A stretch of 64,000 bases of DNA from Parcubacteria group bacterium Greene0714_7 (GTDB taxonomy: Bacteria > Patescibacteriota > Minisyncoccia > Phycocordibacterales > Phycocordibacteraceae): positions 28,283 through 92,282 of the forward strand of contig VMHB01000003.1 in the NCBI GenBank assembly GCA_007378985.1, in the 5' to 3' direction. The position numbers and the translations under genes are program-made. A model generated the notes under the pieces. The model was not told the origin of the DNA, searched no databases, and saw nothing but the letters and a program-made list of their open reading frames with translations. Below are positions 8,840 to 16,375 of the stretch, piece after piece; position 1 is the first letter of the stretch, and every line of letters starts with the position of its first letter.

Positions 8840-9802
8840 ATGGACAGAAACTTAGCTCTTGAATTCGTGCGAGTAACTGAAGCTGCTGCTGTTGCTTCAG
8901 GACATTGGATTGGTAAGGGCGACAAACTCAAAGCTGATGGTGCAGCAGTTGATGCGATGCGCACTGCATTTAATGAAATTAATTTTACTGGGCGTGTTGT
9001 TATTGGAGAGGGAAGTAAAGACGAAGCCCCAGAGCTGTATACAGGTGAGAAACTAGGTAAAGGAGGGAAGCCAGTCTTGGATATTGCAGTTGATCCGCTT
9101 GAATGCACCGATAGCGTGGCATACGGAAGATACAACGCACTCTCTGTTATTGTGGCTGGCCCCAAAGGCACATTGCTTGGAGCGCCTGACACCTATATGG
9201 AGAAGATTGCGGTAGGACCAAAAGCTCGAAAAGTAATTCGTCTTGACGCCAGTGTGTCGGTGAATATTAAAAAAGTTGCAAAAGCACTTGGTAAAAAGGT
9301 AGGTGATATTACTGTCGTTGTTCTTGATAGGGAGAGGCATACGCAACTTATAAAAGAAATTCGTGCATCTGGTGCCAGGGTTCGTCTTATTACTGATGGT
9401 GATGTTGCGGGTGCCATTGCGCCATCAATGTTTGATTCCGGAATCGACATTCTTATGGGTATTGGCGCTTCTGCTGAGTCAGTACTTGCCGCCGCCGCCG
9501 TTAAAGCACTTGGCGGAGAATTGTTATGTAGATTTAAATCAAAAGATGAACATCAGAGAAATTTAGTTAAAAAAGCAGGTTTGAATGAAAAGAAAATTTA
9601 TAGCACTAACGATTTAGTGAAGAGTGATGATTTCACCTTTACTGCAACAGGTGTCATTGATGGTCCGCTTTTGGATGGCGTTCGCTTCACGAAGAGTAAA
9701 GCGGTTACGCACTCATTAGTCATTCGTGGAAAGTCAGGCACGGTGCGTTACATGACAACGCACCATAGGCGTGACCCACGAGGAGATTTTTATTCATCAT
9801 AA
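8840..9802 (+). CDS. glpX: fructose-1,6-bisphosphatase class II
   Basis: Canonical GlpX N-terminus MDRNLALEFVRVTEAAAVASGHWIGKGDK. Confidence 0.9.
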   Translation: MDRNLALEFVRVTEAAAVASGHWIGKGDKLKADGAAVDAMRTAFNEINFTGRVVIGEGSKDEAPELYTGEKLGKGGKPVLDIAVDPLECTDSVAYGRYNALSVIVAGPKGTLLGAPDTYMEKIAVGPKARKVIRLDASVSVNIKKVAKALGKKVGDITVVVLDRERHTQLIKEIRASGARVRLITDGDVAGAIAPSMFDSGIDILMGIGASAESVLAAAAVKALGGELLCRFKSKDEHQRNLVKKAGLNEKKIYSTNDLVKSDDFTFTATGVIDGPLLDGVRFTKSKAVTHSLVIRGKSGTVRYMTTHHRRDPRGDFYSS

Positions 9803-9820
9803 AAAGTAACTTTTTAACAT

Positions 9821-10834
9821 ATGCTTATAGACGAAACACGAGCAAAATTAAAAGAAACAGCACTTGCTATGGTTGCTCCCAGTAAAGGGATTCTCGCAGC
9901 GGACGAGAGTTTTGGAAATATTAATAAGAAGTTTGAGAAACTCGGTATTCCAGTAACCGAAGATAATCGCCGAGCATATCGTGAGATGTTATTTACTGCA
10001 CCAGATATAGGCAAGTATATTTCTGGTGTCATTTTATTTGATGAAACTATTCGGCAAAATGCTTCAGACGGGCGTACTTTAGTGAAAGTATTGAACGACA
10101 GTGGTGTGATTGCGGGTATTAAGGTTGACGAAGGAGTAGAGAAGATTGGTGATACCGCTGAAACAGTAACTAAAGGATTGGAGGGATTGAAGGCAAGACT
10201 TCCTGAATATGTAGCGCTCGGAGCACGCTTTGCAAAATGGCGGGGCGTTATCACTATCGGAGAGGGTATACCAACAGATAGTGCGATTCGAGAGAATGCA
10301 AAACAACTCGCCTCGTACGCACTCCTGTGTCAGGAAGTAGGAATAGTTCCTATCGTTGAGCCTGAAGTATTGATGGATTGGTCAAACACACAGGAGGTGT
10401 GTCGAGCAGTTACGGAACGCACACTCAAAGCCGTTTTTGAAGAATTGAATAATGCCGGTGTGGCGATTGAAGGAATGATTCTGAAACCAAATATGATCGT
10501 CCCTGGAAAGGAGAGCGGTGTTGTGGCAACACCCGAAGAAGTTGCTAAAGCAACCACTGAATTATTTAAGCAGATACTTCCATTAAATCTCCCTGGTGTG
10601 GTATTTCTCTCCGGAGGTCAGAGTGAGATAGAGGCAACAGCAAATCTTGATGCCATGAATAAGCTGGGGAGCTTTCCTTGGAAGCTTTCGTTCTCCTATG
10701 GTCGGGCACTTCAGGCAAGTGCGTTGAAACTCTGGGCTGGAAAAGCTGAGAATGTGGCTTCTGCACAGGAGGTATTCATTAAGCGTGCTCATATGAACTC
10801 ACTCGCAACTCTCGGGCAGTACACGGGAGAATAG
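9821..10834 (+). CDS. fructose-bisphosphate aldolase class I
   Basis: ILAADESFG active-site region and overall class I FBA architecture. Confidence 0.85.
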   Translation: MLIDETRAKLKETALAMVAPSKGILAADESFGNINKKFEKLGIPVTEDNRRAYREMLFTAPDIGKYISGVILFDETIRQNASDGRTLVKVLNDSGVIAGIKVDEGVEKIGDTAETVTKGLEGLKARLPEYVALGARFAKWRGVITIGEGIPTDSAIRENAKQLASYALLCQEVGIVPIVEPEVLMDWSNTQEVCRAVTERTLKAVFEELNNAGVAIEGMILKPNMIVPGKESGVVATPEEVAKATTELFKQILPLNLPGVVFLSGGQSEIEATANLDAMNKLGSFPWKLSFSYGRALQASALKLWAGKAENVASAQEVFIKRAHMNSLATLGQYTGE

Positions 10835-10861
10835 GAGTATAATTAAGGGAGCTTTATAAGA

Positions 10862-11143
10862 TTGTATATATCTATCTTTATGACACAGCTTAATCCTAAA
10901 AAAACAGCACTTGCTCTCGGCGTCTTCTTTGGGGGCGTTCATGTTCTTTGGTCAGCACTGGTAGCACTCGGGGTAGCACAAGCAGTGCTTGATTTTATTT
11001 TCTGGCTACACATGATCCGTGCGGTGTATCTTGTAGACACCTTTAATCTCGTCGCTTCGCTCTCCTTGGTGCTCATGACTTTTGTGATGGGTGCGGTAGT
11101 TGGATTTATTTTCGCAAAAATCTGGAATTGGCTTCATCGGTAA
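10862..11143 (+). CDS. small membrane protein, hypothetical
   Basis: Two or three predicted TM helices. Confidence 0.5.
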   Translation: MYISIFMTQLNPKKTALALGVFFGGVHVLWSALVALGVAQAVLDFIFWLHMIRAVYLVDTFNLVASLSLVLMTFVMGAVVGFIFAKIWNWLHR

Positions 11144-11155
11144 TACAAATCATTC

Positions 11156-11680
11156 GTGAGCAATCTAAAACATTCATCTCATCATGAAAGAGTGTCGCGT
11201 AGGCGAACTGCGATTCAAAGTTTTAAGGCACGGGCAAATGCTAAAAGAAATCTAGCCGATAAGATCGCGGATTGGTTAACCGAATCGTTCGGCACTGTTT
11301 TTTTCCTTGGGCTCAATGGAATTTTCTTTTTGTTTTGGATTACATGGAATTCTGGCGTTTTACCAAATATTCCAGTTGGCGATCCTTTTCCCTTCGGTCT
11401 TCTCACTATGGTAGTGTCACTCGAAGCGATTTTTCTTGCCATCGTTGTTCTTATATCTCAAAACCGTGAAACTAAAATTGCCGAACTTCGGGAAGAGGTG
11501 GAACTCTATATCAACACATACGCTGAAAGTGAAATTACAAAGCTGATTTACCTACAGACACTTCTTCTTGAAAAGAGCGGTATTGATATTTCCAAAGACA
11601 CAGAGCTACAGGAAATGCTAAAGACACTCGAGAGCGATGCAATAGAAGATGAATTGCAAAGGCAGTTGGCAAAAGATTGA
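11156..11680 (+). CDS. DUF1003 family membrane protein
   Basis: FGTVFFLGLNGIFFLFWITWN...PFPFGLLTMVVSLEAIFLAIVVLISQNR is typical of DUF1003. Confidence 0.6.
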   Translation: MSNLKHSSHHERVSRRRTAIQSFKARANAKRNLADKIADWLTESFGTVFFLGLNGIFFLFWITWNSGVLPNIPVGDPFPFGLLTMVVSLEAIFLAIVVLISQNRETKIAELREEVELYINTYAESEITKLIYLQTLLLEKSGIDISKDTELQEMLKTLESDAIEDELQRQLAKD

Positions 11681-11954
11681 GAGGGAAGGGAGGTAGGCGC
11701 ACGGGCTGGCTCTGGCGTAAATGCCTATTTTGGGTAGAATAGTGAGACATTCTGTGGTTAGCATTATTGCTTAGTTCCACAGAATTAAAGTTGTTTAACA
11801 ACATATTCCGCCGAGCGCATGGTTTTAAGAAAAACCATGCTTTCTCCGACGGCACTCGGACAATATGAAAGCATGCTTTCATATTGCTCCTCGCTTGTCG
11901 TAGGAGCTCAATTCTTGAGCTCCGGCGGAAACAAAGTGGGTAGAGCCCACGTAT

Positions 11955-12246
11955 TCCGCGGTAGCTCAATGGTAGAGCAGCTCCCTGTCCAAAGGCAGCC
12001 TTCCCGAGGAATCGGGATTGAAAAACGAGGTGAATTCGGGGAAACCCTAATCCTATAAAAGGATGGGCAATCCCGAGCCAAGCTCTGACGATTTGTTGGA
12101 GAAGGCGTAGAGACTATCCCGAAAGGGAGTAGGCCGAAAGGTCGAAGCGCCTCGCATCCAGATCGGATGATGATATAGTCCACGCCCTTCGTAATAGGGG
12201 ATCACGTGTAAGGAGTTGGTTGTAGGTTCGAGTCCTACCCGCGGAG
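11955..12246 (+). tRNA. tRNA-Asn(GUU) interrupted by a group I intron (intron 11989-12208). Exons are 11955-11988 and 12209-12246, and the spliced anticodon loop is CUGUUAA.
   Basis: 5' exon: acceptor TCCGCGG, D-arm GCTC/AATGGTA/GAGC, anticodon stem GCTCC, loop CTGT, then the intron. 3' exon: TAA, GGAGT, variable loop TGGTT, T-arm GTAGG-TTCGAGT-CCTAC, acceptor CCGCGGA, discriminator G. The intron has a P1 in which exon CUGU pairs with GGCAG (U35.G), GAAA tetraloops (GGGGAAACCC, TCCCGAAAGGGA, GGCCGAAAGGTC), the R element AGAGACTA, the S element GATATAGTCC, and a terminal G. Confidence 0.75.
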
Positions 12247-12254
12247 CTTGATAG

Positions 12255-12285
12255 AAAAAACTCTCCACTTTGGGGAGTTTTTTGT
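12255..12285 (+). terminator. rho-independent terminator after tRNA-Asn (CTCTCC...GGGGAG followed by a T-run)
   Basis: A hairpin with a T7 run and an upstream A-run, so it looks bidirectional. Confidence 0.6.
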
Positions 12286-12323
12286 ATCACTAGCACTGCG
12301 TGTGTATGGACTCGAACCGCGGG

Positions 12324-12377
12324 CCGCAGGGAGCGAAGAGCGACCGTAGGTTTCGAGCATAGCAATGCGAGAGGCGA
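12324..12377 (+). repeat. conserved element X copy A (CCGCAGGGAGCGAAGAGCGACCGTAGGTTTCGAG...GAGAGGCGA), followed by the tRNA-Asn 3'-end fragment GAGTCCTACCCGCGGAGC and a terminator
   Basis: Near-identical 34-nt core plus a similar 22-nt tail at 63026-63081. Both copies are flanked by tRNA-derived fragments. Confidence 0.5.
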
Positions 12378-12574
12378 GTCCTACCCGCGGAGCCGAGAGA
12401 GAAAATGAATCCCGCCTTGTTGGCGGGTTTTTCCTCAAGATGACTGGTCACCATTTCTCGAGAACACTTAGTATTTTACGATGAAGGAGTACAATACTTA
12501 GTGACTCGTGACCGAGTCTACCCGCGGGGCTAGGTGGATTGGTGTAATCAACTTATCTCAGTTAAAAATAATCT

Positions 12575-13579
12575 ATGAATCTTAAATACGAAATAAAGCC
12601 AGAGAACCTAAAGGTTCTTGAAATAAAACAAATAACTTTAAACAAAGATAAGTTTGGAGCGTTGACTTTTGATAAAGCATATCCAAAACTTCACGAGATC
12701 AGGAAGATGTTGGTTGAGTTCGAAGAACTTGGCTATGTTGATTTGCTTACGAGCGATGAAGTTAACGAGGTTAATAGTCTCAAGAGCCAACTACTGCATT
12801 ATGTCCAAAGAGTCAACGACTTGAATCCGGAGACAGATGCCACTTTCAACATAAATGTTAGAGATAGTTTGGAGAATGAGATAGATAACTTCTGCAAGGG
12901 TGCAACTAAACAACTTCGTGCAAACTTAGTTTTCTTAAGACAGGAGGCTGCTCGGAAGAGTACGGATCAACAATCTCTTGCTGAAGAACAAAAAGCTGCG
13001 ACTCAAGCTCGAAAACAGACGGAGGAGACGTTAAATCTACTGCAACAGAAGCTAGAGAAGCTCAACGAACGTGAACAACAGCTTGAAACTACATCAGGCA
13101 AGGTGGGTGCTAAAGCACTTGCAATTCATTTCAATACAGAGACCATTCTATATCAGGGTCGCGCGGACGGATGGTTTAAGGCTGTTGTAATTTCGTATTT
13201 ACTGTTGGTCGTGCTTACTTTAGGAATTGTGGCTTACTACACTTGGTGGCACCAAGGGGGTTGGGCAGCATTAACGTGGCAAGAAGGAACGGCAAAGTTA
13301 GCACTTCTTGCTGTCTCTTGGTACGCAGTCTCTTTCTTCATTCGTAGTTATAACGTTAATTCTCATTTGGCAGCGGTGAACCGTCACCGCACTGCCGTTG
13401 CAGGAACACTTGAAGATTTTCTAGCTTCAAATCCATCAGCTACGGGAGAAATGTTACAAAATGGAACTGATGCCATGTTTAAACACGCAGCAATAGGATT
13501 CATTACTAAGGCGGAAAAAGACTCGGGTAATCCTCTATTGGAGATTGTAAATAAGATCACAAATCCGAAACCCGATTAG
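12575..13579 (+). CDS. hypothetical coiled-coil membrane protein (N-terminal ~190-aa coiled-coil-rich region, two TM helices, C-terminal domain)
   Basis: No recognisable catalytic motif. Lower GC than flanking genes. Located in the tRNA-linked islet. Confidence 0.6.
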   Translation: MNLKYEIKPENLKVLEIKQITLNKDKFGALTFDKAYPKLHEIRKMLVEFEELGYVDLLTSDEVNEVNSLKSQLLHYVQRVNDLNPETDATFNINVRDSLENEIDNFCKGATKQLRANLVFLRQEAARKSTDQQSLAEEQKAATQARKQTEETLNLLQQKLEKLNEREQQLETTSGKVGAKALAIHFNTETILYQGRADGWFKAVVISYLLLVVLTLGIVAYYTWWHQGGWAALTWQEGTAKLALLAVSWYAVSFFIRSYNVNSHLAAVNRHRTAVAGTLEDFLASNPSATGEMLQNGTDAMFKHAAIGFITKAEKDSGNPLLEIVNKITNPKPD

Positions 13580-13672
13580 TGTTCAAACTGACCAACCTCC
13601 ACCCAAAACGTTCCGTCAAAATTTCAAAAAAATCCTTGTGGGGCTTGAAAGTAGAAAGTTCACGACCTGACT

Positions 13673-13810
13673 GGGGAGTCGAGAGAGAAAATGAATCCCG
13701 CCTTGTTGGCGGGTTTTTCATTTTTCTTGAGGCGACTGCGGGAAAGCTTTGCGCAAGAAACAAAGCCTACAAGCGGAGCATGGACCCGAAATCGGGACTG
13801 TCCCCATTTC
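13673..13810 (+). repeat. left copy of a ~130-bp repeat bracketing the R-M module (GGGGAGTCGAGAGAGAAAATGAATCCCGCCTTGTTGGCGGGTTTTT...CAAGCGGAGC...CCCGAAATCGGGACTG), which includes a terminator hairpin
   Basis: Matches 16376-16610 and, in part, 12375-12431. Confidence 0.6.
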
Positions 13811-13932
13811 CATTCTCTCAACCTTTTGAGAGAACAGTATCAACGGAGTTACCGTATTTAGTTTGAAAATCATTTTCCGTTTTCATCTCATCTGTTATCC
13901 ACATTATTGCATAGATAGCACTCTGGGTAAAT

Positions 13933-15129
13933 ATGCTATCATATAGTCACAGTAAGAACATTGATGTGAACAAACAACTTTTAGTACGAAACATCCCAAC
14001 AGAGGTCGGCGACTGGATTGAGCAAGAGCGCAAGCAGCGCAATATGTCGCAACAGGAGTTTGTACTTTCAATGCTCAAAGTCGCATCAGAAGAAAAAGAA
14101 AAAACGCTTCCATTTCATACCGAGCGTCTTTTTCCGAAACCGAACGTTCCAACTACTTTTACATTTATTGACCTCTTTGCTGGGATTGGAGGTTTCAGAA
14201 TAGCTCTTGAAAAACTTGGTGGTGAATGTGTTTATACCTCTGAATGGGATAAGTATTCCCAGAAAACTTACAAGGCGTGGTTTGGAGAGATGCCTGCTGG
14301 TGACATCAGAAAAGTGAAGCCAGCAGACATTCCTAATCACGATGTATTGGCGGCTGGTTTTCCTTGTCAGCCATTTTCGCTCGCTGGAGTTTCAAAGAAA
14401 AAGAGTTTGGGTTTGGAGCACGGTTTCAAAGATAAAAATCAGGGCAATCTTTTCTTCTATCTCGCCACGATTATTCAGGCAAAAAAACCATCAGTACTTT
14501 TCTTGGAGAACGTAAAAAATCTGCAATCACACGATGGAGGTAAAACGTGGGCTGTCATAATGAACACACTGAAAGACCTTGGATATATCACATTTACTCG
14601 TGTATATGATGCAGCGCATTGGGTTCCACAGCATCGTGAGCGCATTTTTATTATCGCTTTCAAGAAGTCAATGTTTGGAGACAATCCTGATTTCACATTC
14701 CCAGAACCACCGCCACTCAAGTCAAAGCTCAAGGAGATTTTGGAGAAAAAGCCTGACACGAAGTACACACTGACAAACCATTTGTGGCAGTATTTGCAAA
14801 ACTATGCCCGGCGTCATCGGGAAAAGGGAAATGGTTTTGGTTTTGGTATTGCTGACCCGAATGGCATTACCAGAACGTTGAGCGCCCGTTATTACAAAGA
14901 TGGTTCTGAAATCCTGATTGAACAGAAGGAGGGCAAGTCACCACGCCGTCTAACACCGCAGGAGTGCGCCAAACTGATGGGTTTTCCAAAAGAGTGCAAA
15001 GTAGTAGTATCTGATACACAAGCGTACAGGCAATTTGGCAATGCGGTGGTCGTGCCAGCAGTTGAGGCAACGGCAGCCCAAATGGTCAAAACTTTCCTTG
15101 CAAAGAAAGCCAAGCGCAAAGCAAAATAA
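13933..15129 (+). CDS. DNA (cytosine-5)-methyltransferase, Dcm/M.EcoRII family, with an N-terminal ~55-aa extension that may be a regulatory HTH
   Basis: Motif I FIDLFAGIGG, motif IV GFPCQPFSLAG, motif VI ENV, motif VIII QHRER and motif X QFGNAV. Long stretches such as TRTLSARYYKDGSEILI and RRLTPQECAKLMGF closely resemble M.EcoRII/Dcm (CCWGG), as recalled from memory. Confidence 0.85.
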   Translation: MLSYSHSKNIDVNKQLLVRNIPTEVGDWIEQERKQRNMSQQEFVLSMLKVASEEKEKTLPFHTERLFPKPNVPTTFTFIDLFAGIGGFRIALEKLGGECVYTSEWDKYSQKTYKAWFGEMPAGDIRKVKPADIPNHDVLAAGFPCQPFSLAGVSKKKSLGLEHGFKDKNQGNLFFYLATIIQAKKPSVLFLENVKNLQSHDGGKTWAVIMNTLKDLGYITFTRVYDAAHWVPQHRERIFIIAFKKSMFGDNPDFTFPEPPPLKSKLKEILEKKPDTKYTLTNHLWQYLQNYARRHREKGNGFGFGIADPNGITRTLSARYYKDGSEILIEQKEGKSPRRLTPQECAKLMGFPKECKVVVSDTQAYRQFGNAVVVPAVEATAAQMVKTFLAKKAKRKAK

Positions 15130-15130
15130 A

Positions 15131-16294
15131 ATGGCATCACCACTTACCGAAAAAGCAATCAGTGAAGCGGTACAGCACGGAAACGCGCTGTTGAAGTTCA
15201 TCTCACCAAACGACACAGGTGCAACGGGAGCGCATCAATCGGGCTTTTACTTGCCTAAATCTGCTTGGGAGATTTTTACTCCTAACGGACCAACAAAAGG
15301 CGAAAACTCCAAGCATCCCGTCAATATTGAATGGCACGATGGTAGAGTCACAGAGTCAGTAGTAACTTGGTACGGTCAAGGTACTCGTTCAGAGTATCGT
15401 CTAACTCGCTTTGGTAAGGATTTTCCATTTCTTATACCTGATACAGTCGGAGACTTGTTGATGCTGGTCCCAACAAGTAGAAACGATTTCAACGCATACG
15501 TTTTTGACCAAGAAGATGACATTGAAGAAGTTATGGCTGCTTTGGGTGTACAGCCATTTGAACATTGGTCTATTTACAAAAACGGTATTGCACAAATTGA
15601 AGATACTGATGCGTGTTTGGAAAAACAATTTCAAGAGTTCGCAAAAGCGCTTGATAAGTTTCCAAAGACCGATGTGTTTTCAAACGCAACACACAAAATG
15701 CTTGAGCACTGTGTTCGTGAACTTGCAAAACAACCTTTTGATACAAAACTAATGGAGTATTACTCAACAGAATACAAACTTTTTCAGGTAGTTGAGAGAC
15801 AAATCTGCCAGACGGAAATCAGCCGACTTTTCAAGGACGTTGATGATTTTCTACACACCGCAGCAAGTATTATGAACCGACGTAAATCACGAGCAGGACA
15901 TTCGCTTGAGAACCACGTTGATAGCATATTTACCGAAGCAAATCTGGCTCACGAAATGCAACCGCGAGTAGATGGCAAACCAGACATTATCTTCCCAAGC
16001 AAAGAAGCATATTTGGACCCTTTATATCCAACAGAGAAACTCATTGTGATGGGAGTAAAAACAACTTGCAAAGATAGATGGCGACAGGTTTTGAATGAAG
16101 GTAAACGAGTCAAAGGAAAGCATATCCTTACCCTCCAACCAAGTATTTCTTCAAATCAACTAACTGAAATGTACGAAGCAGGAGTGACGCTGGTTGTGCC
16201 ACGCAAACTCCAAGCGGATTATCCGAAAGACAGCCCGCTAACCATCCTTACTGTTGAAGATTTCATTGAGCAAGCGAAGAAACTGATTGCTTAA
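15131..16294 (+). CDS. EcoRII-like type IIE restriction endonuclease (N-terminal EcoRII-N/B3-like effector domain plus a putative PD-(D/E)xK C-terminal domain)
   Basis: The N-terminus FISPNDTGATGAHQSGFYLP matches the EcoRII N-domain signature (..SANDTGATGGHQVGLYIP), as recalled from memory. The ATG lies 1 nt after the MTase stop. The C-terminal region GKPDIIFP...IVMGVKTTCK is a candidate catalytic core. The ORF-track start at 15035 overlaps the MTase gene and is probably spurious. Confidence 0.65.
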   Translation: MASPLTEKAISEAVQHGNALLKFISPNDTGATGAHQSGFYLPKSAWEIFTPNGPTKGENSKHPVNIEWHDGRVTESVVTWYGQGTRSEYRLTRFGKDFPFLIPDTVGDLLMLVPTSRNDFNAYVFDQEDDIEEVMAALGVQPFEHWSIYKNGIAQIEDTDACLEKQFQEFAKALDKFPKTDVFSNATHKMLEHCVRELAKQPFDTKLMEYYSTEYKLFQVVERQICQTEISRLFKDVDDFLHTAASIMNRRKSRAGHSLENHVDSIFTEANLAHEMQPRVDGKPDIIFPSKEAYLDPLYPTEKLIVMGVKTTCKDRWRQVLNEGKRVKGKHILTLQPSISSNQLTEMYEAGVTLVVPRKLQADYPKDSPLTILTVEDFIEQAKKLIA

Positions 16295-16350
16295 ACGACG
16301 GCTGACTCGGAAAAGTCAGGGATATAGAAGTAACAGCTTTCATTCATAAA

Positions 16351-16375
16351 GTAGGTTCGAGTCCTACCCGCGGAG
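16351..16375 (+). repeat. 25-bp direct repeat of the tRNA-Asn 3' end (GTAGGTTCGAGTCCTACCCGCGGAG), the att-like right boundary of the islet
   Basis: Identical to 12222-12246. Confidence 0.7.

Noticed and set aside
8791-9192. 133-aa minus-strand ORF, and similar antisense ORFs at 21244-21774, 44289-44780, 53304-53759, 59313-59717 and 59881-60318
   Set aside because: All lie antisense within strongly supported genes (glpX, pyk, rseP, mrdA, ftsI). They are compositional artefacts.
12290-12390. A second, intron-containing tRNA just downstream of tRNA-Asn
   Set aside because: Acceptor-like ends (CCGCGGG/CCCGCGG) are present, but no D-arm or anticodon arm can be drawn and the T-stem 5' strand is missing. 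It is treated as a tRNA-fragment mosaic, element X, and not as a gene.
15035-15130. Upstream extension of the restriction endonuclease ORF overlapping the methyltransferase
   Set aside because: The ATG at 15131 immediately follows the MTase stop, and the EcoRII-N-like homology begins there. The extension encodes a basic, low-complexity peptide in the MTase's alternate frame.
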